Source: Deltaproteobacteria bacterium (GTDB lineage Bacteria; Myxococcota_A; Polyangia; Polyangiales; Ga0077539). Taken from it: a DNA stretch of 64,000 nucleotides. The stretch lies in contig CANJUR010000006.1 in NCBI GenBank assembly GCA_947477565.1, forward strand, positions 70,668-134,667, given 5' to 3'. Below, piece after piece: positions 40,158-50,377 of this stretch. Below the pieces are notes generated by a model. The model was not told where the DNA came from, did not search any database, and was given only the letters and a program-made list of their open reading frames with translations. The translations under genes were made by a program, and so were the position numbers. How positions within the stretch are numbered: position 1 is the stretch's first letter; each line of letters opens with the position of its first letter.

Positions 40158-42812
40158 ATGTCCCACAGCGAAGCGGAGATCGATTCTTCCCGTGTTCCGC
40201 CGCCTCGCCGCGGCCGTGACCTTCCGCTAACCGTCCTCCCGCTCGTCCTCCTGGCGGGTCTGATGCGCTGGCCGGGGCACTTCCCCGCGGGAGCGTGGAT
40301 CGGCCTCGCGCTGGTCCTCGCCGCGACCCTAGGGATTCTCGGGTTGCTGGGTGATTCACCGCTCGACCTGCGCGGCGACGAGGCCATCGCGCCGACCGTC
40401 GAAGCGCGTCCCTGGTGGCGTCGCGAGGGCTGGATCGTCGTGCTGGTTGCCGGGGGACTTTACCTCCCGATGGCGGGCGCATTCGGGCTCTGGGACCCGT
40501 GGGAGACGCACTACTCCGAAGTGGCACGGGAGATTCTCTCGCGCGACGACTGGATCACCACCTGGTGGGCGCAGGAAGGTTGGTTCATGTCCAAGCCGGT
40601 GCTCATCTTCTGGATGAGCGCCCTCGGGATGTCCTTCGGTGTCCCCTTCGGCGTGCGCTTTGGCGCCGACGCTGGGCCCAACCTGCAGGAGTGGTTCATC
40701 CGTCTCCCGATTTGCGCGCTGGCGATCGGTGCGCTCTGGGCCCTCTACCGCGCGGTCTCGCGTGCCTGGGGGCCGCGCGCTGGAATGCTCGTGGCGCTCG
40801 TGCTCGCGACGATGCCACAGTGGTTCTTCCTCGCGCACCAGGCCATGACGGACATGCCCTTCGTGGCGGCGCTCACCCTCGCGTTGAGCATGTTCACCCT
40901 CGGGGTGGTGAGCGATCCGGCAGCCCTCGCGGAGCCCCGGGTGCTTCGCCTCGGCCGGCTGACACTGCGGTACTCACTCTGGCACCTGACCCTCGGTGCG
41001 GTGCTCGTCCTGGTGCTTCCGCAGGTGGTGTACCTGCTCACCCGATCGCTCTCGCTGGGCTGCGCTGTCGATGCCAACGTCGAGCAGTGCACGCGGATGA
41101 TGCGGGCCAATCGGCTCGGTTCGATTCAGGTGCCCTTCGAGACGTTCTACTCGGGCTCCGCGGGCAACTCCGGCGTCCACGGTGCGCCCAACGCGCCGGG
41201 CTCGCCGGCCTGGGAGCGCATCGTCAGCGCGGTGCCATTTCTTCCTTCGGTACTGCAAGGGCTGATCTGGTCGGGGCTCCTTGTCTGGGCGCTCCGCGGA
41301 CTCCGTCACGAACGCACCGCGCGCGGTCTCTACTTCGTTCTCTTCTACGTGTGGTGCGCGGTGGCGACGATGGGCAAGGGGCCTGCCGGGCTCGCGATCC
41401 CTGGCGCGGTGGCGCTGCTTCATTACGTCGCCTCGACGCGTTGGCGTGAACTGAAAGAGATCCGTCTCGGCCTCGGCGTCCTGGTCTTCCTGCTCGTCGG
41501 GATGCCCTGGTACGTGGCCATCACCGCGCGCCTCGGCGGCGAGTTCATTCAGCGATTCATCGTTCACGACATCATCAATCGCACGATGGTCGGCGTGCAC
41601 GGAGACACCGGATCCGTGCGCTATTTCCTGTGGCAACTCGGGTATGCGATGTTCCCGTGGTCGGGCCTGGTGCCGGTCGCGCTGATGGCCGGTCGGGTGG
41701 TCGTCCCCGCGGATGCCACGCAGGCGCAGCGAGACGTCGCGCGCATCGGGCTCCTCTGGTTTTTCGTCGCGTTCGCGCTCTTCAGCGCCATGATGACGAA
41801 GTTTCATCACTACATTTTCCCCGCGATTCCGGGCGCTGCGGTGATGGTCGGGTTGCTCGTCGATCGCTTCCTCCCGAAGCCCTCCGACGCCGCACCGCCG
41901 CAGTGGGATCTCTGGCTCTCCCGAGCGCTCGGCGTGCTTCTCCTGGTGCTCGGCGTGGCCCGCATCTTCGGAACCTGGAACGGTCGCCTCGACACCCACG
42001 GCGCTCCGTTTCCGGGCAACCCTGGCCTGGGCGGGTCACTGGTCGCGCTAGGCATCGCGGCGCTCGCGTTCTCGCGGTGGAGGGAGGCTCGCCCCGCGGC
42101 CGCGCCGTCCCGGTGGGACTCGATGCTGGGCGGACTCGGCGTGGTCGCAGCGTGCGTGACCGGCCTCGTCGGGCGCGACCTCGCCACCCGCCGCAGCGTG
42201 CCCCCGGGCAGCGAGCGACTGATCCATCTGTTCGTCTACAACTACGAACGTCAGTGGCCTCTCCGGCACCTCGATTTCTCGCCGGTTCTGCTCGCCTTCA
42301 CGGTGGTCGCGGTAGCGCTGCTAGCGCTGCTCGGCGTGGCGCGTATCCGTGGCGCGATGACCGGCGCGCTGCTCTGCCTCGCGGTGCTCTTCGCGGGCTG
42401 GTCGCTCGACGTCTACATGATCGCGCTGACACCCCATTGGTCTCAACGAGGTCTCTTCGCGCGATACTATGCGCGGCGACACGCAAGGCCGCCGCCCAAC
42501 CCTGATCCCCGATTCGCCTTCGACCCCATCGTCGCCCATCAGATGAACTGGAAGGGCGAAAACTTCTACACCGGCAACCACGTGGTCGCGATGGAGTGCG
42601 GCCTCAAGTACTGCACGGGTAACACCACCGAGTGGATGCGCGAGCACCCCGGACAGCGCGCTTTCTTCGTGACGGAGCACTCGCGGGTACAGGGACTGTT
42701 GACGCAGATTCGGCAGGGGGGCGGGCGCGCGGCGACGATCAGCACCGAGGCGGAGGACAACAAGTTTGTCCTCGTCGAGGCGACCCTCGGGGCTGGCGCT
42801 CCGAGGCCCTGA
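40158..42812 (+). CDS. Paralogous ArnT/PMT-like GT-C glycosyltransferase, 884 aa
   Basis: Collinear with the upstream paralogue. Shares GLWDPWETHYSEVAREILSRDDWITTWW, MPWYVAI..RLG.EF..RF.VHDIINRT.VGVHGDTGSVRYF, KFHHYIFPA.PGAAVMVGLLVDR and QMNWKGENFYTG. Gap of 9 nt. Confidence 0.85.
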   Translation: MSHSEAEIDSSRVPPPRRGRDLPLTVLPLVLLAGLMRWPGHFPAGAWIGLALVLAATLGILGLLGDSPLDLRGDEAIAPTVEARPWWRREGWIVVLVAGGLYLPMAGAFGLWDPWETHYSEVAREILSRDDWITTWWAQEGWFMSKPVLIFWMSALGMSFGVPFGVRFGADAGPNLQEWFIRLPICALAIGALWALYRAVSRAWGPRAGMLVALVLATMPQWFFLAHQAMTDMPFVAALTLALSMFTLGVVSDPAALAEPRVLRLGRLTLRYSLWHLTLGAVLVLVLPQVVYLLTRSLSLGCAVDANVEQCTRMMRANRLGSIQVPFETFYSGSAGNSGVHGAPNAPGSPAWERIVSAVPFLPSVLQGLIWSGLLVWALRGLRHERTARGLYFVLFYVWCAVATMGKGPAGLAIPGAVALLHYVASTRWRELKEIRLGLGVLVFLLVGMPWYVAITARLGGEFIQRFIVHDIINRTMVGVHGDTGSVRYFLWQLGYAMFPWSGLVPVALMAGRVVVPADATQAQRDVARIGLLWFFVAFALFSAMMTKFHHYIFPAIPGAAVMVGLLVDRFLPKPSDAAPPQWDLWLSRALGVLLLVLGVARIFGTWNGRLDTHGAPFPGNPGLGGSLVALGIAALAFSRWREARPAAAPSRWDSMLGGLGVVAACVTGLVGRDLATRRSVPPGSERLIHLFVYNYERQWPLRHLDFSPVLLAFTVVAVALLALLGVARIRGAMTGALLCLAVLFAGWSLDVYMIALTPHWSQRGLFARYYARRHARPPPNPDPRFAFDPIVAHQMNWKGENFYTGNHVVAMECGLKYCTGNTTEWMREHPGQRAFFVTEHSRVQGLLTQIRQGGGRAATISTEAEDNKFVLVEATLGAGAPRP

Positions 42813-42815
42813 GCC

Positions 42816-43601
42816 ATGCACGCGGCGCTCGACGCGACCCTCGCGCAGGTGCGCACAGCGTTGGCGCGCTCGGCCCTCCTCGCAGGGGAATCCCCCGCGC
42901 GCATCGAGACTCTCGGGGATGAACTCCGTCCCTTCATCGAGGCCGCGCTGCGCTGCACGGGCCTCGAATCCGTCGATCTCCGATGGAGCGAGGTGCGCTC
43001 GCTGGCGCTCCTCTTCGCGTACCGGATGGGCGATCAGGGCTACGTGCCGGGCATCGTTTCCGGGGCGATACTTGCGTGGCGCGAGACCGCGGGGGCCGAC
43101 GGGGGGACGGTGCTCGACGGACTCTGGGCGCTGCTTCTCGACGGCTACGCGCGCGGCCGCGCAGACCGCGAGCGGGCGACGATCTTGCGCGCCGTAGCGG
43201 CCGCGACGGCGGTCATCGAGGTCGCGCCGAAGCGCTGGCTGGTGGCTGGCGTCGGCGCGCTCGACCTCGACGGGGCGCGGGAGGTATCTGCGCGGGCTGC
43301 TGCTCGGCTGCTGCGCGGAGACGCGGAGGCCGTGCTGCTCGACCTCGCGACCGGGCCCGCGGGCGAGTCGGCGGCGCTGCTCGAACTCGTCGGCCTCGAG
43401 AGGGACGCAGGCTCGCTCGGCGTGCGTGTCATCGTTGCGATGTCGAACGAATCGCGCGCTGCGCTCGCTGCGGGAGGGTGGTGCGCCGCGCCGACGACGG
43501 AGGTGCTTCCAACCGTGGAGGCAGCGATGCGCTCGTTGCTCTGGACGGGTGATCGGTGGCGATCGGCGTTCGGTTGGGTCGTGCAGCGCGCAGGTTGGTA
43601 G
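42816..43601 (+). CDS. STAS-domain protein (RsbR-like sensor-plus-STAS layout)
   Basis: C-terminal VAGVGALDLDGAREVSARAAARLLRGDAEAVLLDLATGP...LGVRVIVAMSNESRAALAAGG looks like an anti-sigma-antagonist/STAS fold. Starts 3 nt after the GT-C stop. Confidence 0.55.
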   Translation: MHAALDATLAQVRTALARSALLAGESPARIETLGDELRPFIEAALRCTGLESVDLRWSEVRSLALLFAYRMGDQGYVPGIVSGAILAWRETAGADGGTVLDGLWALLLDGYARGRADRERATILRAVAAATAVIEVAPKRWLVAGVGALDLDGAREVSARAAARLLRGDAEAVLLDLATGPAGESAALLELVGLERDAGSLGVRVIVAMSNESRAALAAGGWCAAPTTEVLPTVEAAMRSLLWTGDRWRSAFGWVVQRAGW

Positions 43602-43605
43602 CAGC

Positions 43606-45642
43606 TCACGGGTGATCGGTGGCGAGGGCCTCGCGCCAGAGTCCACGGAGGCTCGCGCGCTCGATGGTTCCGTCGGCGTCCGCGGTGTAGAGCCAGTCGC
43701 CGTCGAGCGCGAAGGCCACCGCGAGGTGACTGCAGACCCCCGGGACAGCCGCGAGCGCTCCGGTGGTTGATACGGCCATGAGCAGCGGTTCGCCGTCGCG
43801 CCCGCACTCACTCACTCGGGTCGTCGAGGCGTTGGTCGCGATCACCGCGCCGCCCTCCACCGCCGCCCCAAACACCACCCCGCGGGATGACCCCAGTACT
43901 GTCCCGTGACCCTCCCCCTCGAAGCGAAACAATTGCTGGCCAATGCTCGCCAGCAGCGCATCGCCGCCGTCCCAGTGCAGCCAGTCGGAGGTCCGTTGCT
44001 GCTGCCCATACAGCGACGGATGGCGGTCTTGCCTCCCGCCCTCGGCATGACCTCTCGTGAGCGCGACGAACTGATCGCCCGCGTCGTCTGATCGCCAGAG
44101 ACCACCGTCGCTGTCGAGCGCGTAGGCGGTGCGTCCGGCGGCGGTGCTCAGCGCGACGACGCCCCAGCCGTCGCCGTTGCCGGTGGGCGAGCTGAGAGTG
44201 ATGCGCCAGTGCGCACCCTGATCGTCGGACACAAACACGTCCCCGGCGGTGAGAAGCCAGCGCTCGCCGATTGCGTGCAACGACACCCCGCCCTCGAGGA
44301 CGCGCGCTCCGCGGGGAAGCTCCACCCGATGGAGGCTTCCGGCGACGAGCCAGATCGCGCCGCGCGGGCCGTTGCCAGTGGCAGTGTCGGACGGGCCTCC
44401 GGTGATCACCGCCACCACGCCGTCGGGCAACACCCCAAGGCTGCGCGCGCTCCCCGCCTCCGTCGGAACTGCTGTCGTCATCCAGGTCGCACCTTCATCG
44501 CGGCTCATGGAGAGGCGGTCGCGCCCGGACAGCGCTGCGATCACCGGCCCCGCCGCCGCGAGGCGCGTCGGACGCCCGCCTTCGAGCGGCGATCTCAGCA
44601 GGGCCGACGGCGCGACGCCTGCGCGAATCCGCCAGAGTTCGTGGCCATCAGAGACGACCAGTGAGCCATCCGGGGCAGCATCGAGAGACGTCGCGAGGCG
44701 CTCATCGGGCAACACCGGAAGCGGTCGCCATCCCGCAAGCCGGTACTCGAACAGCATCCCCGCGGTCAGCCCCACCGCCGCGTCGGGAGCGGCCGGTAGC
44801 AGCAGTCGTGGGCGATCCTGTGCGAAGTGCGGCCCGGCCGATCGACCAATCCTTCCGGTGCCTTGCGCGGTCAGTTCGAAGCCTCCGAGCACGTCGATGC
44901 CGACCACGCCGCCCCCCTCTCTCGGAAGCAGCGCCACGGGTTCGGCCCGATCGCCAGGCACCGCCGCGAGAGTCCAGCGGGTCTCCCCCTCGTGCAGCGC
45001 AAATACCTCGTATCCGTGCCGGTCGAACGGGGTGCGCGAGTCCGGTCCACCGAGCAGCGCGGCGGCGTAGAGGGTCGCTCCGCTGACGGTGACGGCAACC
45101 ACCTCGGGCAGCGAAGGAATACGCTGCCAGGTATGCGTTCCCTCCCGCGAGCGGGCCATCGCCCCGGCGCTAGACCACACGAGGTCGTCGTTGCCCACCC
45201 GCGTCGAGCGCAGTTGTCCCGGCGGCGCATCCCTCGCCACCAGCGCGGGGAGCGCCTCCCGCACACACCCCATCGAGCGATCGTCGCCGCGGTACACCAC
45301 CGGCGCAAACACCTCCCCCGCGAGCACCCACCAGCACGTCCCGGCGGCGTGTAGTTCGCTCACGACGAGGTCCGGGTCCATCGCGCACACCGGGGTCACC
45401 GCACCTCCCGCTGTCACCCGCGACACCTCGCTCCCCGCCAGGACCACGAAGCTCCCATCCGCGAGCGCGGCCACGTTTTCGAGGCGCGTCGGACGGTGGC
45501 GCGGCGCGATGCGCGTCCAGTCTTCGCGCACGACGGCGGCCCGCTCGACCGGGTGTGTCACGGGTGCTTTCGCGGTCTTGGGTGGGCGTCCGGCCCCGGC
45601 GCATCCGACCAACAGCAGGAGCAGCCACCATGGAGTTTTCAC
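43606..45642 (-). CDS. BNR/Asp-box repeat beta-propeller lipoprotein (sialidase/Ycf48-like)
   Basis: GTG at 45642 gives VKTPWWLLLLLVGCAG (lipobox). Asp-box-like repeats: SREGTHTW, SRDEGATW, SDDQGAHW, RSDDAGDQF. GTGA overlap with the upstream gene. Confidence 0.75.
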   Translation of the reverse strand: MKTPWWLLLLLVGCAGAGRPPKTAKAPVTHPVERAAVVREDWTRIAPRHRPTRLENVAALADGSFVVLAGSEVSRVTAGGAVTPVCAMDPDLVVSELHAAGTCWWVLAGEVFAPVVYRGDDRSMGCVREALPALVARDAPPGQLRSTRVGNDDLVWSSAGAMARSREGTHTWQRIPSLPEVVAVTVSGATLYAAALLGGPDSRTPFDRHGYEVFALHEGETRWTLAAVPGDRAEPVALLPREGGGVVGIDVLGGFELTAQGTGRIGRSAGPHFAQDRPRLLLPAAPDAAVGLTAGMLFEYRLAGWRPLPVLPDERLATSLDAAPDGSLVVSDGHELWRIRAGVAPSALLRSPLEGGRPTRLAAAGPVIAALSGRDRLSMSRDEGATWMTTAVPTEAGSARSLGVLPDGVVAVITGGPSDTATGNGPRGAIWLVAGSLHRVELPRGARVLEGGVSLHAIGERWLLTAGDVFVSDDQGAHWRITLSSPTGNGDGWGVVALSTAAGRTAYALDSDGGLWRSDDAGDQFVALTRGHAEGGRQDRHPSLYGQQQRTSDWLHWDGGDALLASIGQQLFRFEGEGHGTVLGSSRGVVFGAAVEGGAVIATNASTTRVSECGRDGEPLLMAVSTTGALAAVPGVCSHLAVAFALDGDWLYTADADGTIERASLRGLWREALATDHP

Positions 45643-47162
45643 GGTCGCCGGGCCTCGAGGGTGCAACCTGCCACGAGGCGTTCGCGCCACGGGTCGAGCC
45701 AGCTGGTGGCCCGCGCGCGTCCAATGATCGCGGGGCGCACCGTCGCGAGGCCGCGCAGCGCGGGCGGGCACGTCGGGGGGCGGGTGAGCATCACCGCGGC
45801 GAGCGCCGACGGGGATGTCACGACGCCGTCGCTGGTGACGAAGTCTTCGCCCGCGGTCACCACCCGTCTCACGATCACCCGCGCCAGACTCTCCAGCGTC
45901 GGGGAAAGCATCACCGTGCGCGCGGCGAGCGGATCCGTCGCCGTCTCCAGGGTCGCGGCGCAGTCGTCGCCCCGGCAGGGCCGCGCGTCGTTGATGGCGT
46001 CGCGCCAACGACCGATCTCCCTCGGCGACACACTCTCGATCGCCCACGGCCGCAGCCGCGAGCGCAGGAGTTCGAGCGCCTCGATGGCCTCCGCGCGGGC
46101 GCTGGGTTCGAGCGGCGTGACGAGACCGACGACGCGCAGCGCCTCGGCGAGAGTGGTTGGGTTGATGGCAGGGGACGAGAGAGCCGCCAGGGCGTCGCCG
46201 AAGAGCGCGGCGTCGCCGAGGTTGTGCCTGAGCGGCCACAGTCGGATGGCCTCCGTGCCCAGGGCGCGGACAAACGCCAGCACCGGTGCGCGGCGTGCTG
46301 CACTTGTGTCGGGCCACGCTGGGGACTGGCGCTCCAGCGCGATGACCATCTCCCGGCGCGCGGGGACGTCCGCCGTCGCACGGAAGTATTCGCTCCAGCG
46401 CGCAAGCAGTGCGCCTAGCCGCGCATCCACCGGACCCGACGCCGTGAGCAGCACCGCCGCGAGCGGAGCCCACCGCTCGTGCGCGCTGGCGTCGGGCGCG
46501 TTGCGCGGATCGACCACGGCGGACTGCAACCAACGGCGACCGAGTGGGTGTTCGAGAGCCAGCCGGAGGCACGCCGGGCAGTTGTCCAGCGGCGCTTGCG
46601 CGACGATCGTGGGCATCGCGCCCTCGACGAAGGTGCGGCGCTCCGTCGCGGGGAGCAGCAGCGCGGAGCGACAGGTGCTGTCGCGGTCGAAGGCTGGGTC
46701 CGAGTCCCGCAGCACCGGGAGCAGCGCCGCCCCGACGCGTTCGGGACGGTACACGGCAAGCACGCGAAGGAGCGGTCCGCGCTCGGTCACAGGGAGCTCG
46801 GCGAGCAGCGCGGCGGCGTCGTGCCAGCGCAGCCACGGGCGGGCGAGCGCGAAGAGCATCCCCGGGGTCGCATCGAGAAACGGACGGAGGCCGTCCCCTG
46901 CGGTGGCTCGCATCAACTCGACAGCCTGGCTGCGAAGCGTCGGGTGCCGTTGCCACGCATCGACGAGCAGCGGCGTCACGGTCTCCGCGAGCGCGCGCAT
47001 GGCCGGGGCGTCCTCGCGATAATCGCTGCGATCGAGGGTCTCTGCGTAGGTGGTGCGGGCCTCTGCGAGGGCGAGCGTGGTGGCGGGCAGGTCGCGCGGC
47101 TCGACGCCCTCCAGGGAGGTCGCCAGAAGCTGCGCGACGACGATCATGGCGACACCCGGCAC
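45639..47162 (-). CDS. Hypothetical protein (507 aa, Ala/Leu/Arg-rich helical)
   Basis: Protein-like composition, in contrast to the overlapping 1219-aa frame. Translationally coupled to the BNR lipoprotein. No motif recognised. Confidence 0.6.
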   Translation of the reverse strand: MPGVAMIVVAQLLATSLEGVEPRDLPATTLALAEARTTYAETLDRSDYREDAPAMRALAETVTPLLVDAWQRHPTLRSQAVELMRATAGDGLRPFLDATPGMLFALARPWLRWHDAAALLAELPVTERGPLLRVLAVYRPERVGAALLPVLRDSDPAFDRDSTCRSALLLPATERRTFVEGAMPTIVAQAPLDNCPACLRLALEHPLGRRWLQSAVVDPRNAPDASAHERWAPLAAVLLTASGPVDARLGALLARWSEYFRATADVPARREMVIALERQSPAWPDTSAARRAPVLAFVRALGTEAIRLWPLRHNLGDAALFGDALAALSSPAINPTTLAEALRVVGLVTPLEPSARAEAIEALELLRSRLRPWAIESVSPREIGRWRDAINDARPCRGDDCAATLETATDPLAARTVMLSPTLESLARVIVRRVVTAGEDFVTSDGVVTSPSALAAVMLTRPPTCPPALRGLATVRPAIIGRARATSWLDPWRERLVAGCTLEARRP

Positions 47163-47209
47163 CCCACAAGTTTACGCGCGGCGACGCCCCGCGGTAACGA
47201 ACACCGACC

Positions 47210-48415
47210 ATGAGCGTGATCGTCCAGAAGTACGGAGGCTCTTCGGTGGCCGACCTCACCCGCATCGGGCGCGTCGCCGATCGTGTGGTTGCTGCGCGCG
47301 CCGAGGGTCACCAGGTGGTCGTGGTGGTGAGCGCGATGGGCAAGACGACCGATGAGCTTCTCGCGATGGCGCGCGACGTGAGCGCCACGCCGCCGCGCAG
47401 GGAGCTCGACATGCTTCTCTCCGTGGGCGAGCGCATCACCATGGCGCTGCTCGCCATCGCGCTCCAGCAGCGGGGCGAGGACGCCATCTCGTTTACGGGT
47501 TCGCAGAGCGGCATTCTCACCAACGATCGGCACTTCGACGCCCGCATCATCGAGGTGCGCCCGTACCGCATCGAGGACGAACTCGCGCGCGGCCGGGTGG
47601 TCATCGTGGCGGGCTACCAGGGCATGTCGTACCGGCGCGAGATCACCACCCTCGGGCGCGGCGGCAGCGACACGACGGCGGTGGCCCTCGCGGCCGCCCT
47701 GCACGCCGATCGCTGCGAGATCTACTCCGACGTCGATGGGGTCTACACGGCCGATCCGCGGGTGGTCCCGGAGGCGCGCCATCTCTCGGCGCTGGGGTAC
47801 ACCGAGCTTCAGGAGATGGCGGAGTCCGGGGCGAAGGTGCTCAACGCCGAGGCCGTCGCGTTCGCCAGGCGCGAGCGCATCCAGATTCACGCGCGGCGCA
47901 CGGACGACGCGCCCGGCGACGCTGCGGCGCGGGAGACCGTCGTGCGTGCGGAGGTGTCCCCGGCGCCGCGGCGGGTGCGCGCGGTGGTCGGTGACGCGCA
48001 CGTGGCGTGGCTGCGCGGGCCGGCCGACCTCCCGACTGCCTTCGACTCGATGCTCGCGGTGGCCGATCGCGAGGGCGTTCCGCTGCGCGCAGCCGAATGG
48101 ACGAGCGCCGGCGTCTCCGCGTGGGTGTCGCTGCCGCGCGTTCCGGACTGGGAGCGCGTGGCGGCGGCGCTCTCCGCGGCCGGGCTCACGGTGCTCGATC
48201 CGCGCTCCGCGGACGCCGTCGCGTGTGTCTCCGTGGTAGGCGACGGGCTCACTGAGGAGGGTTCGGTCTTGCGGGACGTTCTGGCCGTCGCGGGCGTCGA
48301 GGGGTGCACGCCTCGCGCGGTGTCGAGCAGCGCCTTCCGCATCACCCTGGCAGTGTCCCGCGGCGCAGCGGACGGCCTGACGCGCGCGCTGCATCGGCGG
48401 TTCTGCGAGAGCTGA
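47210..48415 (+). CDS. lysC: Aspartate kinase
   Basis: [61 protein letters not shown], and a C-terminal ACT-like region. Confidence 0.93.
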   Translation: MSVIVQKYGGSSVADLTRIGRVADRVVAARAEGHQVVVVVSAMGKTTDELLAMARDVSATPPRRELDMLLSVGERITMALLAIALQQRGEDAISFTGSQSGILTNDRHFDARIIEVRPYRIEDELARGRVVIVAGYQGMSYRREITTLGRGGSDTTAVALAAALHADRCEIYSDVDGVYTADPRVVPEARHLSALGYTELQEMAESGAKVLNAEAVAFARRERIQIHARRTDDAPGDAAARETVVRAEVSPAPRRVRAVVGDAHVAWLRGPADLPTAFDSMLAVADREGVPLRAAEWTSAGVSAWVSLPRVPDWERVAAALSAAGLTVLDPRSADAVACVSVVGDGLTEEGSVLRDVLAVAGVEGCTPRAVSSSAFRITLAVSRGAADGLTRALHRRFCES

Positions 48416-48436
48416 GCGATGGTAGGGTGCCGGGCT

Positions 48437-48907
48437 ATGCAAACGTGGTTGCGAGCAGGGCTCCTGGCGGGCGTTGGGGTGATGTCCACCGCGCAGGCGC
48501 AGCCCTCTGGGTATCTGGAGCTTTCGGTGACGGCGCTCGGCGCGGGGGCGGCGGCGCTTGGGGCATCCGGGGACTCCCGGCTGCCGGTGCGTCCGAGTGA
48601 TTTCGGCGACCACCTCGGCACGCTGTCGTTGCATGCGCGGGGCAACCGCGGGAGCGTGCGCGACGTGGTGTTGGAGGTGTCTGCGACGCCGGTTGGGCAG
48701 CGCACGGCGACGGGGGACGGGGCCGCGATGCGGTTCACGTTTGCGTTGGGGAAGACCATGGAGCCGCGGCCCGGGGCGGGGTGGGTCACGCTGACGGCCT
48801 GGGACGGGAGGAGCGCGGAGGGTGAGTACGAAGCGACGCTGGTGCAGGGGCGGATGACGCTGCATCTCAACGGCCGTTTCGTGGCGACCGCCGGGGGGCC
48901 GCGCTGA
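48437..48907 (+). CDS. Secreted hypothetical protein
   Basis: MQTWLRAGLLAGVGVMSTAQAQP (Sec-type signal ending AQA). Lies between lysC and the regulator gene. Stop overlaps the next start (TGATG). Confidence 0.55.
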   Translation: MQTWLRAGLLAGVGVMSTAQAQPSGYLELSVTALGAGAAALGASGDSRLPVRPSDFGDHLGTLSLHARGNRGSVRDVVLEVSATPVGQRTATGDGAAMRFTFALGKTMEPRPGAGWVTLTAWDGRSAEGEYEATLVQGRMTLHLNGRFVATAGGPR

Positions 48908-50337
48908 TGGGCGGCACGGTGCTGGTGGTCGATGACGAGAAGAACATCCGTCGCACGCTGCGGATGGTGCTGGAGGGCGACGACCTGGAGGTGCGCGACG
49001 TCGAGCGCGCGGAGGACGCGCTGCGGGTGCTCGCGGAGGAGCCGATCGACGCGGTGGTCACGGATATCCGGCTGCCGGGGATGTCGGGCATCGACTTGCT
49101 GCAGCGCATCCGGGGTACGGCGAACTGGGCGGCGATCCCGGTGCTGGTGATCTCCGGGCACGCGACCGTGGGCGTGGCGGTGGACGCCATCAAGCTGGGC
49201 GCGACGGACTTCTTCGAGAAGCCGCTCGACCGCGATCGCGTGCTGGTCAGCGTGCGCAACGCGCTGCGGGCGTCGCGGCTTGAGCGCGAGGTGATCGCGC
49301 TGCGCTCGGCGGCCGGGGCGCGCGAGGAGATGGTCGGGGAGAGCGCGGTGATGCGGCGGCTTTACACGGAGGTGGAGAAGGTCGCGCCGACCCGGGGGAG
49401 GGTGCTCATCACCGGCGAGAGCGGAACCGGCAAGGAGCTTATTGCGAAGGCGATTCATCGGATGTCGCCGCGGCGCGAGGGGCCCTTCGTGAAGGTCAAC
49501 TGCGCGGCCATCCCTGCGGAGTTGGTGGAGAGCGAACTGTTTGGGCATGAGAAGGGCGCGTTCACCGGCGCGGTGGCGCGCAAGCGGGGGCACTTCGAGG
49601 CGGCGCACGGCGGCACGCTCTTCCTCGACGAGATCGGCGACATGCCGCTGGCGGCGCAGGCCAAGGTGCTGCGGGTACTTCAGAGCGGTGAGGTAAACCG
49701 CGTCGGGAGCGACCAGGTGTTTACCGTCGATGTGCGGGTGCTGGCGGCGACGCACCGCGACCTCGAGCGCGAGTCCCGCGAAGGGCGCTTCCGCGAGGAC
49801 CTGTATTTTCGGCTCAACGTGGTGCCCATCCGGTCGCCTGCGCTGCGCGAGCACCCGGAGGACATCTCGTTGCTGGTTCGGTCGTTCTTGCGGGAGTTCT
49901 GCAAGGAGAACGGGCTGAAGGCGAAGTCCATTGCTCCGGGGGTGCTCGACGCGCTGCGGGGCCGTGGGTTTCCCGGCAACGTGCGTGAGTTGAAAAACCT
50001 CGTCGAGCGGTTGGTGATCTTGTCCGGCGACGAGATCACGTTGGAAGACCTTCCCGAGGAGTCGCGGCACTCCCGCGAGGCGCGCGAGCGCACCGCTGCG
50101 GCGACCGTTTCTGTGGCCGTTCGGGACGATGACGACGACGACGATGTGGGTCCGCCGCGGGCACCGGGCGAGCGTGCCACGCTGCGGCAGCACCGCGACG
50201 ACGCCGAGCGCGCCTACATCCTCGACACCCTCAAGGAGGTGGACTGGAACATCTCCCGCGCCTCGACCCTCCTCGGCCTGGAGCGCACCAACCTGCACAA
50301 GAAGATTCGCGCTCTGGGCCTCAAGCGCGAGGGGTGA
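48907..50337 (+). CDS. Sigma-54-dependent response regulator (NtrC family)
   Basis: VLVVDDE...[14 protein letters not shown] (REC), [23 protein letters not shown]-terminal [27 protein letters not shown]. Confidence 0.92.
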   Translation: MGGTVLVVDDEKNIRRTLRMVLEGDDLEVRDVERAEDALRVLAEEPIDAVVTDIRLPGMSGIDLLQRIRGTANWAAIPVLVISGHATVGVAVDAIKLGATDFFEKPLDRDRVLVSVRNALRASRLEREVIALRSAAGAREEMVGESAVMRRLYTEVEKVAPTRGRVLITGESGTGKELIAKAIHRMSPRREGPFVKVNCAAIPAELVESELFGHEKGAFTGAVARKRGHFEAAHGGTLFLDEIGDMPLAAQAKVLRVLQSGEVNRVGSDQVFTVDVRVLAATHRDLERESREGRFREDLYFRLNVVPIRSPALREHPEDISLLVRSFLREFCKENGLKAKSIAPGVLDALRGRGFPGNVRELKNLVERLVILSGDEITLEDLPEESRHSREARERTAAATVSVAVRDDDDDDDVGPPRAPGERATLRQHRDDAERAYILDTLKEVDWNISRASTLLGLERTNLHKKIRALGLKREG

Positions 50338-50377
50338 CTTGCGTGCCCCGGGGGGACGCACTACTCGCTCAAACGCC

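Noticed and set aside
47163-47209. Lysine (L-box) riboswitch upstream of lysC
   Set aside because: Only ~47 nt separate lysC from the divergent gene, which is far too short for an L-box of ~180 nt.
45643-47265. N-terminal ~540 aa of the 1219-aa minus-strand ORF 43606..47265
   Set aside because: The sequence is Arg/Pro/Ala/Gly-rich junk (…RRAASGDLPGGRRAARPARHHARPRRGP…) in a different frame from the protein-like ORF 45639..47162. A GTG at 45642 gives a clean lipobox N-terminus for the real BNR lipoprotein.
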